A stretch of DNA of 54,137 bases from a virus (Duplodnaviria; Caudoviricetes). The stretch is taken from positions 1-54,137 of the IMG/VR virus record IMGVR_UViG_3300027963_000098. One strand, 5' to 3'. The notes under the pieces were generated by a model. That model did no database searches, had not been told where the DNA came from, and saw only the letters and a program-made list of their open reading frames with translations. The position numbers were made by a program, and so were the translations under genes. This document shows, piece by piece, positions 37,367 to 46,479 of this stretch. How positions within the stretch are numbered: the first letter of the stretch is position 1; every line of letters begins with the position of its first letter.

Positions 37367-37396
37367 CGACAACCTGACACCGCCGTCACGATGTCC
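37367..37396. promoter_or_regulatory. Degenerate palindrome, copy 12
   Basis: CGACA-ACC-TGAC-ACCGCC-GTCA-CGA-TGTCC (6-nt spacer). Confidence 0.6.
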
Positions 37397-37567
37397 CCGC
37401 CGAGCCGCCACCCACCGCCCCCCATCCCCCCGAATGTCAGCAGATGGAACCAAGCGCGTTTTCTACACAATGATTTGCGCGTTCGACGACGTTAGTTTGG
37501 GTTTAGGGGAGGTGCGGGTCCCTCCGAGGGGGTGGGGGGTATAAAAATAATATTAGGGGTACCCCCC

Positions 37568-37595
37568 TTGACTTTTTAATTCACTACTATAGAAT
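37568..37595 (+). promoter_or_regulatory. Sigma70-type promoter of the packaging/virion operon
   Basis: TTGACT-16 nt-TAGAAT. Confidence 0.6.
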
Positions 37596-37629
37596 CCGCC
37601 TTTGAAACGCATCCCCCCTATATATACTT

Positions 37630-38247
37630 TTGGAGTCCCGTTTCCTCCGCATGGATACTACAAATCCTTTTGCGAATACCAATCCGCTTCTTAGCGAGTT
37701 GGGGATTACGCCTGAATTCACGAACGCCGTCGAATCTGACATTAAGGAGACGTTTTCGGCTCTCCAAAACGGCATTCCCCCCTCACCAAATCAAAATATC
37801 CCCGCCCACAGCATTATCAAAACGCTTGTGGAAGAGTACGCAAAAGAGGTATTCGACAGCCCTCAACAGGCTCGCTCGTTTATTACCAACAAACTCTTGG
37901 AATTATCCACGTGCGGGGACCCCCGGCACGAACTGCGTGCATTGGAATTGCTAGGCAAATTGTCTGACATCGGGGCCTTCTCAGAGAAAAGTGAGGTCGT
38001 TGTTACCGCCAAGAGTAGCGCGGATATTGATAGGCAGATTCGTGAGAAAGTAAATGAGATTCTTCTGAAGCGCGGTGTCAGTTTGGAGAAAGTAATTGAT
38101 GCCGAAGTAGTTGAGGTGCCAAAAGAAGAAGACGAACTGGACGAAGTAATCAGACAGCGTAAGCATAAAGACGACAAGAAAGTCGAAACCGTAGTAGAGA
38201 ACGACGTGTCAGTTGATGAACCGGTAGAAGACGATGAGTCAGCTTGA
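37630..38247 (+). CDS. terS: Putative terminase small subunit
   Basis: Directly before terL; ELRALELLGK motif; start may be the ATG at 37651. Confidence 0.6.
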   Translation: MESRFLRMDTTNPFANTNPLLSELGITPEFTNAVESDIKETFSALQNGIPPSPNQNIPAHSIIKTLVEEYAKEVFDSPQQARSFITNKLLELSTCGDPRHELRALELLGKLSDIGAFSEKSEVVVTAKSSADIDRQIREKVNEILLKRGVSLEKVIDAEVVEVPKEEDELDEVIRQRKHKDDKKVETVVENDVSVDEPVEDDESA

Positions 38248-39775
38248 CGAGCTAAGTACACAAGAGCTAGCTGCCATCATGCAGCTACTGCCTACGCTTC
38301 CGGAAGCCGAGAAGCGTGAACTTCTTATTAAGTTAGACCAACGAAATAGGCTGAAAGAAAAAGAAGACTGCCGTGCTGACTTTATGTCTTTCGTGCAGAA
38401 GGTTTGGCCTAATTTTATTCACGGAGCACACCATGCAAGGATGGCTAGAGCGTTTGAAAGAGTGGCACGAGGCGAGGTCAAGCGGCTCATTATCAACATG
38501 CCACCGCGCCACACCAAATCGGAGTTTGCGTCATACCTCCTTCCCGCATGGTTTCTGGGTAATTTCCCGCAGAAAAAGGTTATCCAGACTTCACACACAG
38601 CAGAATTGGCTGTCGGTTTCGGACGTAAAGTCCGGAACTTGGTGGATAAAGAAGAATATCGAATGGTATTTGATGGGGTTGAGCTACAAGCTGACTCGAA
38701 AGCCGCTGGACGCTGGGCAACTAACGCAGGTGGTGAATATTTTGCTATTGGTGTTGGCGGCGCTGTTACTGGTAAAGGTGCTGACCTCCTTATAATTGAT
38801 GACCCGCACTCGGAACAAGAGGCTGCATTAAGCGAAACTAACCCCGAAATCTACGATAAAACGTATGAATGGTACACATCGGGTCCACGGCAGCGCTTAC
38901 AACCGGGCGGTTCCATCGTCATAGTGATGACAAGATGGTCAAAAAAGGACCTGACTGGGCAAGTTTTAAAGTCAGCTATGCAGCGCAGCGGCGAAGAGTG
39001 GGAAGTGATTGAATTTCCGGCGTTACTCCCCTCCGGGCGCCCATTATGGCCCCAGTTTTGGTCATTAGCTGAATTAACTGCCCTAAAATCTGAACTTCCG
39101 CACTCAAAGTGGATGGCGCAGTACCAGCAAGACCCGACATCTGAAGTTAGCGCCATTATTAAGCGTGAATGGTGGCAGGTTTGGGATAAAGATGACCCGC
39201 CGGGCTGTGAATTTATCATCCAGTCGTGGGATACGGCGTTTTTGAAGACGCAACGGGCTGACTATTCAGCTTGCACCACGTGGGGCGTGTTCTATATAGA
39301 CGACGATACTGGCAAAGCGCAGGCCAATATTATCTTGCTCAACTCCTTCAAAGACCGGATGGAGTTTCCTGAACTGAAGCAAGAGGCATATAGGCACTAT
39401 TTAGAGTGGAATCCGGATGCGCTCATCGTAGAAGCGAAAGCCGCAGGCGCCCCGTTGGTGTTTGAACTGCGGGCTATGGGCATACCAGTACAAGAATTCA
39501 CACCGTCTAAAGGCAATGACAAGATTGCTCGATTAAATGCAGTGGCTGACATCTTTGCTTCTGGTAGAGTATGGGTACCTAACACAAATTGGGCAGAAGA
39601 GCTAGTCGAAGAAGTTGCTTCGTTCCCCGCTGGCGAGCATGATGACTTGGTTGACTCGATGACTCAGGCGTTACTTCGCTTCCGCCGTGGTGGGTTCTTG
39701 AGGTTGGACACCGACTACGAAGAAGAAATACCCGGTTTCCGTAGTTCTAAAGAGAAAAGATTTTACGCGATGTAA
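38234..39775 (+). CDS. terL: Terminase large subunit
   Basis: NMPPRHTKS, GADLLIIDDPH, QSWDTA, HDDLVDS motifs. Confidence 0.93.
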   Translation: MSQLDELSTQELAAIMQLLPTLPEAEKRELLIKLDQRNRLKEKEDCRADFMSFVQKVWPNFIHGAHHARMARAFERVARGEVKRLIINMPPRHTKSEFASYLLPAWFLGNFPQKKVIQTSHTAELAVGFGRKVRNLVDKEEYRMVFDGVELQADSKAAGRWATNAGGEYFAIGVGGAVTGKGADLLIIDDPHSEQEAALSETNPEIYDKTYEWYTSGPRQRLQPGGSIVIVMTRWSKKDLTGQVLKSAMQRSGEEWEVIEFPALLPSGRPLWPQFWSLAELTALKSELPHSKWMAQYQQDPTSEVSAIIKREWWQVWDKDDPPGCEFIIQSWDTAFLKTQRADYSACTTWGVFYIDDDTGKAQANIILLNSFKDRMEFPELKQEAYRHYLEWNPDALIVEAKAAGAPLVFELRAMGIPVQEFTPSKGNDKIARLNAVADIFASGRVWVPNTNWAEELVEEVASFPAGEHDDLVDSMTQALLRFRRGGFLRLDTDYEEEIPGFRSSKEKRFYAM

Positions 39776-39793
39776 TCGCAAAAGGACCAAACA

Positions 39794-42292
39794 ATGGACA
39801 TTCAGAAATCACTAAACCCCGCCCCTATGGGCCTTAATGCGGCGCCGCAGGGTATTGAAGAACTAGCCATCCCCGATATTCAGATTGAGATTGAAGACCC
39901 GGAGAGCGTGACTATTGGCGACGGTAGTATGGAGATTATTATTGAGCCGGGTAAGGACAGCGCGGAAGACGAAGAGTTTAATAAGAACCTCGCGGAAGAT
40001 ATGGACGAGGGGGAACTTACGGAATTAGCCGGTGATTTGCTGGGTGATTTTGAGTCTGACCTTGCTTCTCGACGTGATTGGCTAGAAACATATGTAGAAG
40101 GACTGGAATTACTGGGTTTGAGGTTAGAAGACCGCACCGAGCCGTGGCCGGGAGCTTGTTCTGTATACCACCCATTATTGATTGAAGCTTTGGTGAAGTT
40201 CCAGAGCGAGACCATTATGGAGACATTCCCAGCCGCAGGTCCGGTCAAGACCAAGATTATGGGCAAAGACACGCCCGATAAAGAACAAGCCGCTGAGCGC
40301 GTGCAAGAAGACATGAACTACCAGCTCACGGAGAAGATGCCTGAGTATCGTCCTGAGCATGAACGGATGCTGTGGGGTCTGGGTCTGGCTGGTAACGCCT
40401 TTAAAAAGATTTACTTCGACCCTTACCTTGGCCGACAAGCAGCCGTCTATATCCCTGCAGAAGACATGGTGGTCCCGTACGGCGCGAGTAATTTAGAGAC
40501 TGCTGAACGTGTTACACACGTGATGCGTAAGACCAAGAATGAGATTCGTAAACTCCAAGTTGCTGGGTTTTACTGTGACGTTGACCTTGGCGACCCGGTC
40601 CTTGTTCTTGATGAAGTCGAAAAGAAGATTGCCGAGAAGATGGGCTTTTCTGCCTCCGCCGATGAGCGGTTCAAGCTCCTTGAAATGCACGTGGATTTAA
40701 TTCTTCCCGGTGACGAAGACAAAGATGACAAGGGACATGAGACAGGGATTGCTCTCCCGTATGTAGTCACTATTGAGAAGGGCACCCAGACCATCCTATC
40801 CATCCGTCGTAATTGGGACCCCGAAGATGAGACCAAGCAAAAGCGTCAACACTTCGTTCATTATGGTTATGTGCCGGGCTTTGGGTTTTACCACCTAGGT
40901 CTGGTCCATCTTATCGGTGCCTTCTCGAAGTCAGGCACTATGCTCATGCGGCAGCTCGTAGACGCCGGAACTCTATCCAACCTCCCCGGTGGATTTAAGA
41001 CGCGAGGTCTTCGCGTAAAAGGTGACGACACGCCAATCGCACCTGCTGAGTTCCGTGATGTGGACGTACCTAGCGGTACCATCCGTGACAACATCATGCC
41101 GCTCCCCTATAAGGAGCCGTCGCAGGTCCTCATGTCGTTGATGAACCAGATTATTGAAGAAGGCCGTAGGTTTGCTAGCGCGGCTGACTTGCAGGTATCT
41201 GATATGAGTGCCCAGTCCCCGGTTGGGACCACTCTAGCCATCCTTGAGCGTAGTCTCAAGATTATGTCGGCTGTTCAAGCTCGCATTCACTACTCGATGA
41301 AACAGGAGTTCAAGCTCCTAGCGGCAATTATTCGTGATTATGCGCCTGTTGAGTACGACTACGACCCTGAGACTGGCAACAAAATGGCCCGTCAGGCCGA
41401 CTTTGATATGGTCGAGGTTATCCCTGTTTCGGACCCGAACGCGGCCACTATGTCGCAGAAAGTTGTTCAGTATCAAGCAGTTATGCAGATGGCGCAGTCT
41501 GCCCCGCAGATTTATGACTTGGCTGAGCTTAATAAGCAGATGCTGGAAGTCCTTGGTATCAAGAATATTGGCAAGCTTATCCCGTCCGCAGACGACCATA
41601 AGCCGAAAGACCCTGTAACTGAAAATATGGCAGTACTTACTGGTAAGCCGGTCAAGGCGTTTATCTACCAAGACCACGAAGCGCATATCTCAGTACATAT
41701 GGCAGCAATGCAGGACCCCAAGCTTGGGGCTATGGTTGGACAATCGCCTATGGCGCAACAGATTGGCGCTGCTATGCAGGCGCACATTGCGGAACACCTT
41801 GCGTTTGAGTACCGCAAGCAAGTTGAAGACCAGCTTGGCTCGCCGCTGCCCAGTCCTGAAGATGAGCTTAGCAAGGAAGCCGAACTCACCATCTCGCGCC
41901 TTGTAGCCGACGCTGCTACGAAACTGCTTCAGAAAGACCAAGCAGAAGCTCAACAGCAGCAGGCCCAACAGCAAGCACAAGACCCGTTGGTTCAAATGCA
42001 GCAGCAAGAACTACAGCTTAAGGCGCAAGAAATTGAGATTAAGAAGGCCAAGACACTGGCTGACATCGAGATTGATAAGGCCAAGCTGCAGATTGAGATG
42101 GAGCGTATCCAGTCACAAGAACGGCAGTCTGGCGCTCAAATGGGTATGAAGGCGCAAGAGTCGAAGGCAAAAATGGCCGCACAACAGGAGATGGAAGGCG
42201 TTCGTATGGGCATTGATGTCGCCAAAACACAACATCAGCTAAAGCAACAAGAACGTCAGCAGCAAAGACAACAACCTACTAAGGAGCAGTAA
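39794..42292 (+). CDS. Portal protein
   Basis: 832 aa after terL; Gln-rich coiled-coil C-terminal barrel as in podovirus portals. Confidence 0.85.
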   Translation: MDIQKSLNPAPMGLNAAPQGIEELAIPDIQIEIEDPESVTIGDGSMEIIIEPGKDSAEDEEFNKNLAEDMDEGELTELAGDLLGDFESDLASRRDWLETYVEGLELLGLRLEDRTEPWPGACSVYHPLLIEALVKFQSETIMETFPAAGPVKTKIMGKDTPDKEQAAERVQEDMNYQLTEKMPEYRPEHERMLWGLGLAGNAFKKIYFDPYLGRQAAVYIPAEDMVVPYGASNLETAERVTHVMRKTKNEIRKLQVAGFYCDVDLGDPVLVLDEVEKKIAEKMGFSASADERFKLLEMHVDLILPGDEDKDDKGHETGIALPYVVTIEKGTQTILSIRRNWDPEDETKQKRQHFVHYGYVPGFGFYHLGLVHLIGAFSKSGTMLMRQLVDAGTLSNLPGGFKTRGLRVKGDDTPIAPAEFRDVDVPSGTIRDNIMPLPYKEPSQVLMSLMNQIIEEGRRFASAADLQVSDMSAQSPVGTTLAILERSLKIMSAVQARIHYSMKQEFKLLAAIIRDYAPVEYDYDPETGNKMARQADFDMVEVIPVSDPNAATMSQKVVQYQAVMQMAQSAPQIYDLAELNKQMLEVLGIKNIGKLIPSADDHKPKDPVTENMAVLTGKPVKAFIYQDHEAHISVHMAAMQDPKLGAMVGQSPMAQQIGAAMQAHIAEHLAFEYRKQVEDQLGSPLPSPEDELSKEAELTISRLVADAATKLLQKDQAEAQQQQAQQQAQDPLVQMQQQELQLKAQEIEIKKAKTLADIEIDKAKLQIEMERIQSQERQSGAQMGMKAQESKAKMAAQQEMEGVRMGIDVAKTQHQLKQQERQQQRQQPTKEQ

Positions 42293-42483
42293 TGAACGAC
42301 ACGCTTGATTATCTGGTTAAAAGAATCGGAGAAGAGCGCAACGCTATCGCAGACTGTTTGGTTAATGGAAACCTACAGGACTTTGCGCAATATCAGTTTT
42401 TGTGTGGTCAGGCACGGGGTCTGCTGGCGGCACAAGTAATTATCTCTGACCTCGCAACTCAATTGGAGCAAGACGATGACTGA
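42292..42483 (+). CDS. Small conserved head-module protein
   Basis: DFAQYQFLCGQARGL; between portal and GroES. Confidence 0.65.
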   Translation: MNDTLDYLVKRIGEERNAIADCLVNGNLQDFAQYQFLCGQARGLLAAQVIISDLATQLEQDDD

Positions 42484-42841
42484 GCAAGTCACGCAGGAAA
42501 ATGCAACACAACTTCCCGAACCTACTGGGTACCGCATTCTTTGTGCAGTACCTGATTTGGGCGACACGCTGGATGAAGAAGGTTTGATTATTAAGGCAGA
42601 CAAAACCAAAGAGCTTGAATCACTTGCTACGGTTGTGTTGTTTGTCGTGAAAATGGGTGACATGTGCTACAAGGACGACCAACGATTCCCCACAGGTCCA
42701 TGGTGTGCTGAAGGTGATTTTGTTCTTGTCCGCGCATATGCAGGCACTCGCATCAAGATTCATGGGCGTGAATTCCGAATTATTAATGATGATTCGGTTG
42801 AAGCAATTGTCGATGACCCCCGTGGCTATAGCCGCGCATAA
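42476..42841 (+). CDS. groES: GroES-like co-chaperonin
   Basis: PTGYRIL..GDFVLVRAYAGTRIKIHGREFRIINDDSVEAIV. Confidence 0.85.
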   Translation: MTEQVTQENATQLPEPTGYRILCAVPDLGDTLDEEGLIIKADKTKELESLATVVLFVVKMGDMCYKDDQRFPTGPWCAEGDFVLVRAYAGTRIKIHGREFRIINDDSVEAIVDDPRGYSRA

Positions 42842-42848
42842 GGAGTAA

Positions 42849-43829
42849 ATGATGGCTGAGCAAGAAAACAATATGGAAATGGTGGAGTTTGAGTTTCCTG
42901 ATGAAGCTGAAGAAAAAGTAGAAAAGAAAGTAGTAGAGGAGCCTGAATTTGAGGTTGAGGATGACACCCCGGTACAAGACCGTGGGCGAGACCCCTTGCC
43001 GGAAGAAATTGTTGACGAGCTTGAGAAAGACGAGCTTAACGAATATTCAGACCGCGTCCGCACCCGCATGTCACAGATGAAGAAGGTCTGGCATGATGAA
43101 CGCCGAGCTAAAGAAGCCGCAGCCCGTGAACGCGAAGAAGCTCTTCGTCTGGCGCAAACTGTATACGAAGAAAATAAACAGCTAAAAGCCAGACTTGAAG
43201 ATGGTGAAGTTCAACTTGTAGAAAAATACAAGGAAGCCGCTTCTCGGGAAATGGAAATTGCCAAGCGAGAATATCGTGAGGCATATGATACTGGCGATGC
43301 CGATAAATTAATCCAAGCCCAAGAAAGACTTACTAACGCTCAGTTGGTATTTCAGCAGGTAGAGAACTATCGACCGCAGTATAAAAATGCAGAAAAAGCT
43401 TTACAATCTGATACTAGTAATGTAAATACACAATCACAACGGCCCCAAGTTCCTCAACCGGACTATAAAGCAGTTACGTGGCAAGAGCGTAACTCTTGGT
43501 TTGGAAGTGATGAGGAGATGACCAGCTTGGCTTTGGGGCTGCATGAGAAGCTGGTTAAGAATGGCGTAGACCCTAGGTCTGACGACTACTACCGTCGTAT
43601 TGATAATACGATGCGCAAGAGATTCCCCGAATATGAATGGGGAGATTCGCAGGAAGAGACTAAACCTCAACCTCGCGCAAAGCAGGCACAAGTTGTTGCC
43701 CCGGCAACGCGTAGCACCGCGCCTAAGAAAGTAGTGCTGACCAAGACGCAAGTAAGCCTTGCCAAAAAACTTGGTATTACCCCGGAGCAATATGCTCGTG
43801 AACTGATTAAGGAGAACAGAAATGGCTGA
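42849..43829 (+). CDS. Putative scaffolding protein
   Basis: Acidic N-terminus, coiled coil, AKKLGITPEQYA C-terminus; upstream of the capsid genes. Confidence 0.7.
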   Translation: MMAEQENNMEMVEFEFPDEAEEKVEKKVVEEPEFEVEDDTPVQDRGRDPLPEEIVDELEKDELNEYSDRVRTRMSQMKKVWHDERRAKEAAAREREEALRLAQTVYEENKQLKARLEDGEVQLVEKYKEAASREMEIAKREYREAYDTGDADKLIQAQERLTNAQLVFQQVENYRPQYKNAEKALQSDTSNVNTQSQRPQVPQPDYKAVTWQERNSWFGSDEEMTSLALGLHEKLVKNGVDPRSDDYYRRIDNTMRKRFPEYEWGDSQEETKPQPRAKQAQVVAPATRSTAPKKVVLTKTQVSLAKKLGITPEQYARELIKENRNG

Positions 43830-44271
43830 AAATCGACTCGCACGTGAACTTGAATCTACCGAAACTTTTAAGCGCCCTGAAGCGTGGAAGCCGCCTGAAT
43901 TGCTGCCGGAAGTTAAGCCGCAAGCAGGTTGGTCGTATCGTTGGATTCGTACAAGCATGGTAGGTCAATCGGATGCACGTAATGTTTCTTCTAAAGTGCG
44001 TGAAGGATGGGAGCCGGTCAAACTGGCGGACCACCCCGAAATGCAGTTTTATGTGGACCCCAACAGTCGTTTCTCTGATTCGATTGAAATTGGTGGTCTG
44101 CTGCTTTGTAAGACACCGCAAGAGTTTGTTAATCAACGAAATGCGTATTACTCAGCACAAGCACAAGCCCAGACTGACGCAGTGGATAATAGTTTGATGA
44201 AGGAAAGTGATGCTCGCATGCCTTTATTCAAAGAACGTAAGTCCACTACCACGTTTGGAAAAGGTAAATAA
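43822..44271 (+). CDS. Conserved head-module protein
   Basis: YRWIR..REGWEPV..GGLLLCK. Confidence 0.65.
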   Translation: MAENRLARELESTETFKRPEAWKPPELLPEVKPQAGWSYRWIRTSMVGQSDARNVSSKVREGWEPVKLADHPEMQFYVDPNSRFSDSIEIGGLLLCKTPQEFVNQRNAYYSAQAQAQTDAVDNSLMKESDARMPLFKERKSTTTFGKGK

Positions 44272-44290
44272 TCTTTAAAGGACCATAATC

Positions 44291-45172
44291 ATGGCATATC
44301 CGACTGTTTCTGCCCCGTATGGGTTTAAGCCAGTCAATCGTCTTGATGGGTTGCCGTATGCTGGCGCTACCCGCAAGCTACCGATTGAGTACAACTACAG
44401 CCAAAACATTTTCTATGGTGACGTAGTTCAATTTTCTGGCGGTACTGTTGTTCGTTCGTCGATGTCCGCCGCTTCGTCGCCGGGCACCGCTGTTGCTGGC
44501 ACGATTGGTGTTTTCTTGGGTTGTTCGTATACCAACCCGACCACCGGTCAAAAGCTGTTTGCTCAGTATTACCCCGCAAGCACTGCTGCCAATGACATTG
44601 AAGCCATTGTTGTTGATGACCCCCGCGCTTTGATGAAGGTAGTGGTTACGACGCAAGGCACCTCGCTGGCTAACACCAGCACCACCGTTGGCTACCTGAA
44701 CCCGTACTACGTTGGTTCTAACCTGTACATGGTTGGTGGCGCTGGCGGCGTTACTGGTAGCACGACCACTGGCAACTCGGCCCAATCGGTTTCGGGCGCT
44801 GTGATTACCTCGGGTACTTCGGGTGCTGGTGACCGCGTGACCTCGGCTTTGCCGTGGCGCATGGTTGGTGTTGTTACTGACACCGCTTATACCCTGACCG
44901 GTACCGGTAGCACCTCGGGTTCGTCGGCTACTGTGACCCTGACCGCTGCTGTTACTGGTCTGACTCCGGGTATGCAGTTGATTTGCCCGACCGGCACCGG
45001 CACTCTGGCTGGCCAATACGCAACCGTCATTAACGTGTCTACCACCACGCTGACTCTGGACGCCGCAGTTACTCTGGCTTCTAGTTCGGCTCTGACGTTC
45101 GTTGGCTACCCCGAAGTTCTGGTTGCTTGGAACGGCAGCTTCCACAGCTACTTCAACACCACTGGCGTCTAA
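44291..45172 (+). CDS. Capsid decoration/minor capsid protein with an inserted beta domain
   Basis: APYGFKPV, IFYGD, GVFLGCSY, VDDP; strongly biased codon usage; precedes the major capsid gene. Confidence 0.65.
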   Translation: MAYPTVSAPYGFKPVNRLDGLPYAGATRKLPIEYNYSQNIFYGDVVQFSGGTVVRSSMSAASSPGTAVAGTIGVFLGCSYTNPTTGQKLFAQYYPASTAANDIEAIVVDDPRALMKVVVTTQGTSLANTSTTVGYLNPYYVGSNLYMVGGAGGVTGSTTTGNSAQSVSGAVITSGTSGAGDRVTSALPWRMVGVVTDTAYTLTGTGSTSGSSATVTLTAAVTGLTPGMQLICPTGTGTLAGQYATVINVSTTTLTLDAAVTLASSSALTFVGYPEVLVAWNGSFHSYFNTTGV

Positions 45173-45183
45173 GGAGATAAATC

Positions 45184-46092
45184 ATGGCAATTTCTCGTGC
45201 CCAGCTACTGAAAGAACTCCTTCCGGGTCTGAACGCTTTGTTCGGTCTGGAGTACGCCCGTTATGGCGAGGAGCATAAGGAAATCTACGAAACCGAATCT
45301 TCGGAACGTAGCTTTGAAGAAGAAACCAAGCTGTCGGGCTTCAGCGCAGCACCGGTCAAGAACGAAGGTAGTGCGATTCGTTACGACAACGCGCAAGAAG
45401 CTTGGACTGCACGCTACAACCACGAAACCATCGCTTTGGGTTTCTCGCTGACTGAAGAAGCTGTTGAGGACAACCTCTACGACTCGCTGTCGGCTCGTTA
45501 CACCAAGGCTCTGGCCCGTGGTATGGCTTACACCAAGCAAGTCAAGGCCGCTAACGTTCTGAACAACGGCTTCAACTCGGGTTATGTTGGTGGCGACGGC
45601 GTCTCGCTGTTCTCGACCGCTCACCCGTTGATTTCTGGTGGCACCAACAGCAACACCCCGGCAACCGCCGCTGACCTGAACGAAACCTCGTTGGAAAACG
45701 CCGTGATTCAAATCGCTGCGTGGACTGATGAACGTGGTCTGCTGATTGCCGCCAAGCCGCGCAAGCTGATTGTTCCGCCTGCTCTGATGTTCGTTGCAAC
45801 CCGTCTGCTTGAAACCGAACTGCGTGTTTCGACTGCCGATAACGACATCAACGCACTGAAGAACAACGGTTCGATTCCGGAAGGTTACGCAGTTAACCAC
45901 TTCCTGACCGATAGCAACGCTTGGTTCCTCACCACCGATGTGCCGAATGGTATGAAGCATTTTGAACGTACCCCGCTGGCTACCTCGATGGACGGTGACT
46001 TTGATACCGGCAACGTCCGTTACAAGGCCCGTGAGCGTTATTCGTTCGGTTGGTCGGACCCGCTCGGCATGTACGGTTCGCCGGGCGCTTAA
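45184..46092 (+). CDS. Major capsid protein (Mu gpT-like, HK97 fold)
   Basis: MAISRAQLLKELLPGLNALFG..GDGVSLFSTAHP..DFDTGNVRYKARERYSFG; high-expression codons; terminator follows. Confidence 0.88.
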   Translation: MAISRAQLLKELLPGLNALFGLEYARYGEEHKEIYETESSERSFEEETKLSGFSAAPVKNEGSAIRYDNAQEAWTARYNHETIALGFSLTEEAVEDNLYDSLSARYTKALARGMAYTKQVKAANVLNNGFNSGYVGGDGVSLFSTAHPLISGGTNSNTPATAADLNETSLENAVIQIAAWTDERGLLIAAKPRKLIVPPALMFVATRLLETELRVSTADNDINALKNNGSIPEGYAVNHFLTDSNAWFLTTDVPNGMKHFERTPLATSMDGDFDTGNVRYKARERYSFGWSDPLGMYGSPGA

Positions 46093-46107
46093 GCAGTTTG
46101 ATGTAGG

Positions 46108-46133
46108 GAGGGGGCTTGCGCCCCCTCTTTTTT
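46108..46133 (+). terminator. Terminator after the major capsid gene
   Basis: GAGGGGGC/GCCCCCTC stem plus T6. Confidence 0.85.
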
Positions 46134-46158
46134 GCCGTATAATGCTGCACTGCAGCAT
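46116..46158 (+). promoter_or_regulatory. Promoter with an overlapping palindromic operator (PhaR-like)
   Basis: TTGCGC-16 nt-TATAAT; ATGCTGCA-C-TGCAGCAT at 46142-46158. Confidence 0.6.
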
Positions 46159-46178
46159 CTAACCTTTAGGAGAAACCT

Positions 46179-46331
46179 ATGAACTTTGATTTTGTCGCCG
46201 TATTTACTTCGCTGTCGAAGTCGTATCGTGAAATGGCCCACAAGACCCACGACCAGATGATTGAAGCTTGGATTAAGACTGAAAAGTCGATTGAAGATAA
46301 TTGCAAGCTGATGGCGTTCTGGAAGAAGTAA
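46179..46331 (+). CDS. 50-aa amphipathic, possibly phasin-like protein (absent from the ORF track)
   Basis: AGGAGA RBS; MNFDFVAVFTSLSKSYREMAHKTHDQMIEAWIKTEKSIEDNCKLMAFWKK. Confidence 0.7.
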   Translation: MNFDFVAVFTSLSKSYREMAHKTHDQMIEAWIKTEKSIEDNCKLMAFWKK

Positions 46332-46333
46332 TC

Positions 46334-46360
46334 AAAGGCCCTTCGGGGCCTTTTCTTTTT
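46334..46360 (+). terminator. Intrinsic terminator
   Basis: AAAGGCCC-TTCG-GGGCCTTT plus T-run. Confidence 0.85.
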
Positions 46361-46363
46361 GTG

Positions 46364-46392
46364 TTGTATATTTTCTTAATAGGTGGTATAAA
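46364..46392 (+). promoter_or_regulatory. Promoter for downstream virion genes
   Basis: TTGTAT-17 nt-TATAAA with TG extension. Confidence 0.6.
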
Positions 46393-46398
46393 GCAATC

Positions 46399-46473
46399 AC
46401 CTAGGAAATCGGCCAAACCAACTGACCTAGCAGACTTTGTAGAGATGGTTTGGCTTAGTGCTACAACACGGAG
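46399..46473 (+). ncRNA. Structured 5' leader with a predicted double pseudoknot
   Basis: GGCCAAACCA/TGGTTTGGCT stem crossed by CTAGG/CCTAG and TTGTAG/CTACAA. Confidence 0.6.
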
Positions 46474-46479
46474 ATTTAA

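Noticed and set aside
25685-37396. 29-bp palindromes as a CRISPR array, integron attC sites or lox/dif-type recombination sites
   Set aside because: Spacing is 60 bp to over 2 kb and some copies are intragenic. No cas or recombinase gene is in the window, and the 3-5 bp centre is shorter than the 6-8 bp typical of tyrosine recombinase sites.
45205-46158. Long antisense ORFs opposite the capsid and decoration genes (also 44378-45145 and 15240-15929)
   Set aside because: They are shadows of biased codon usage on the coding strand, with no RBS or recognisable motifs.
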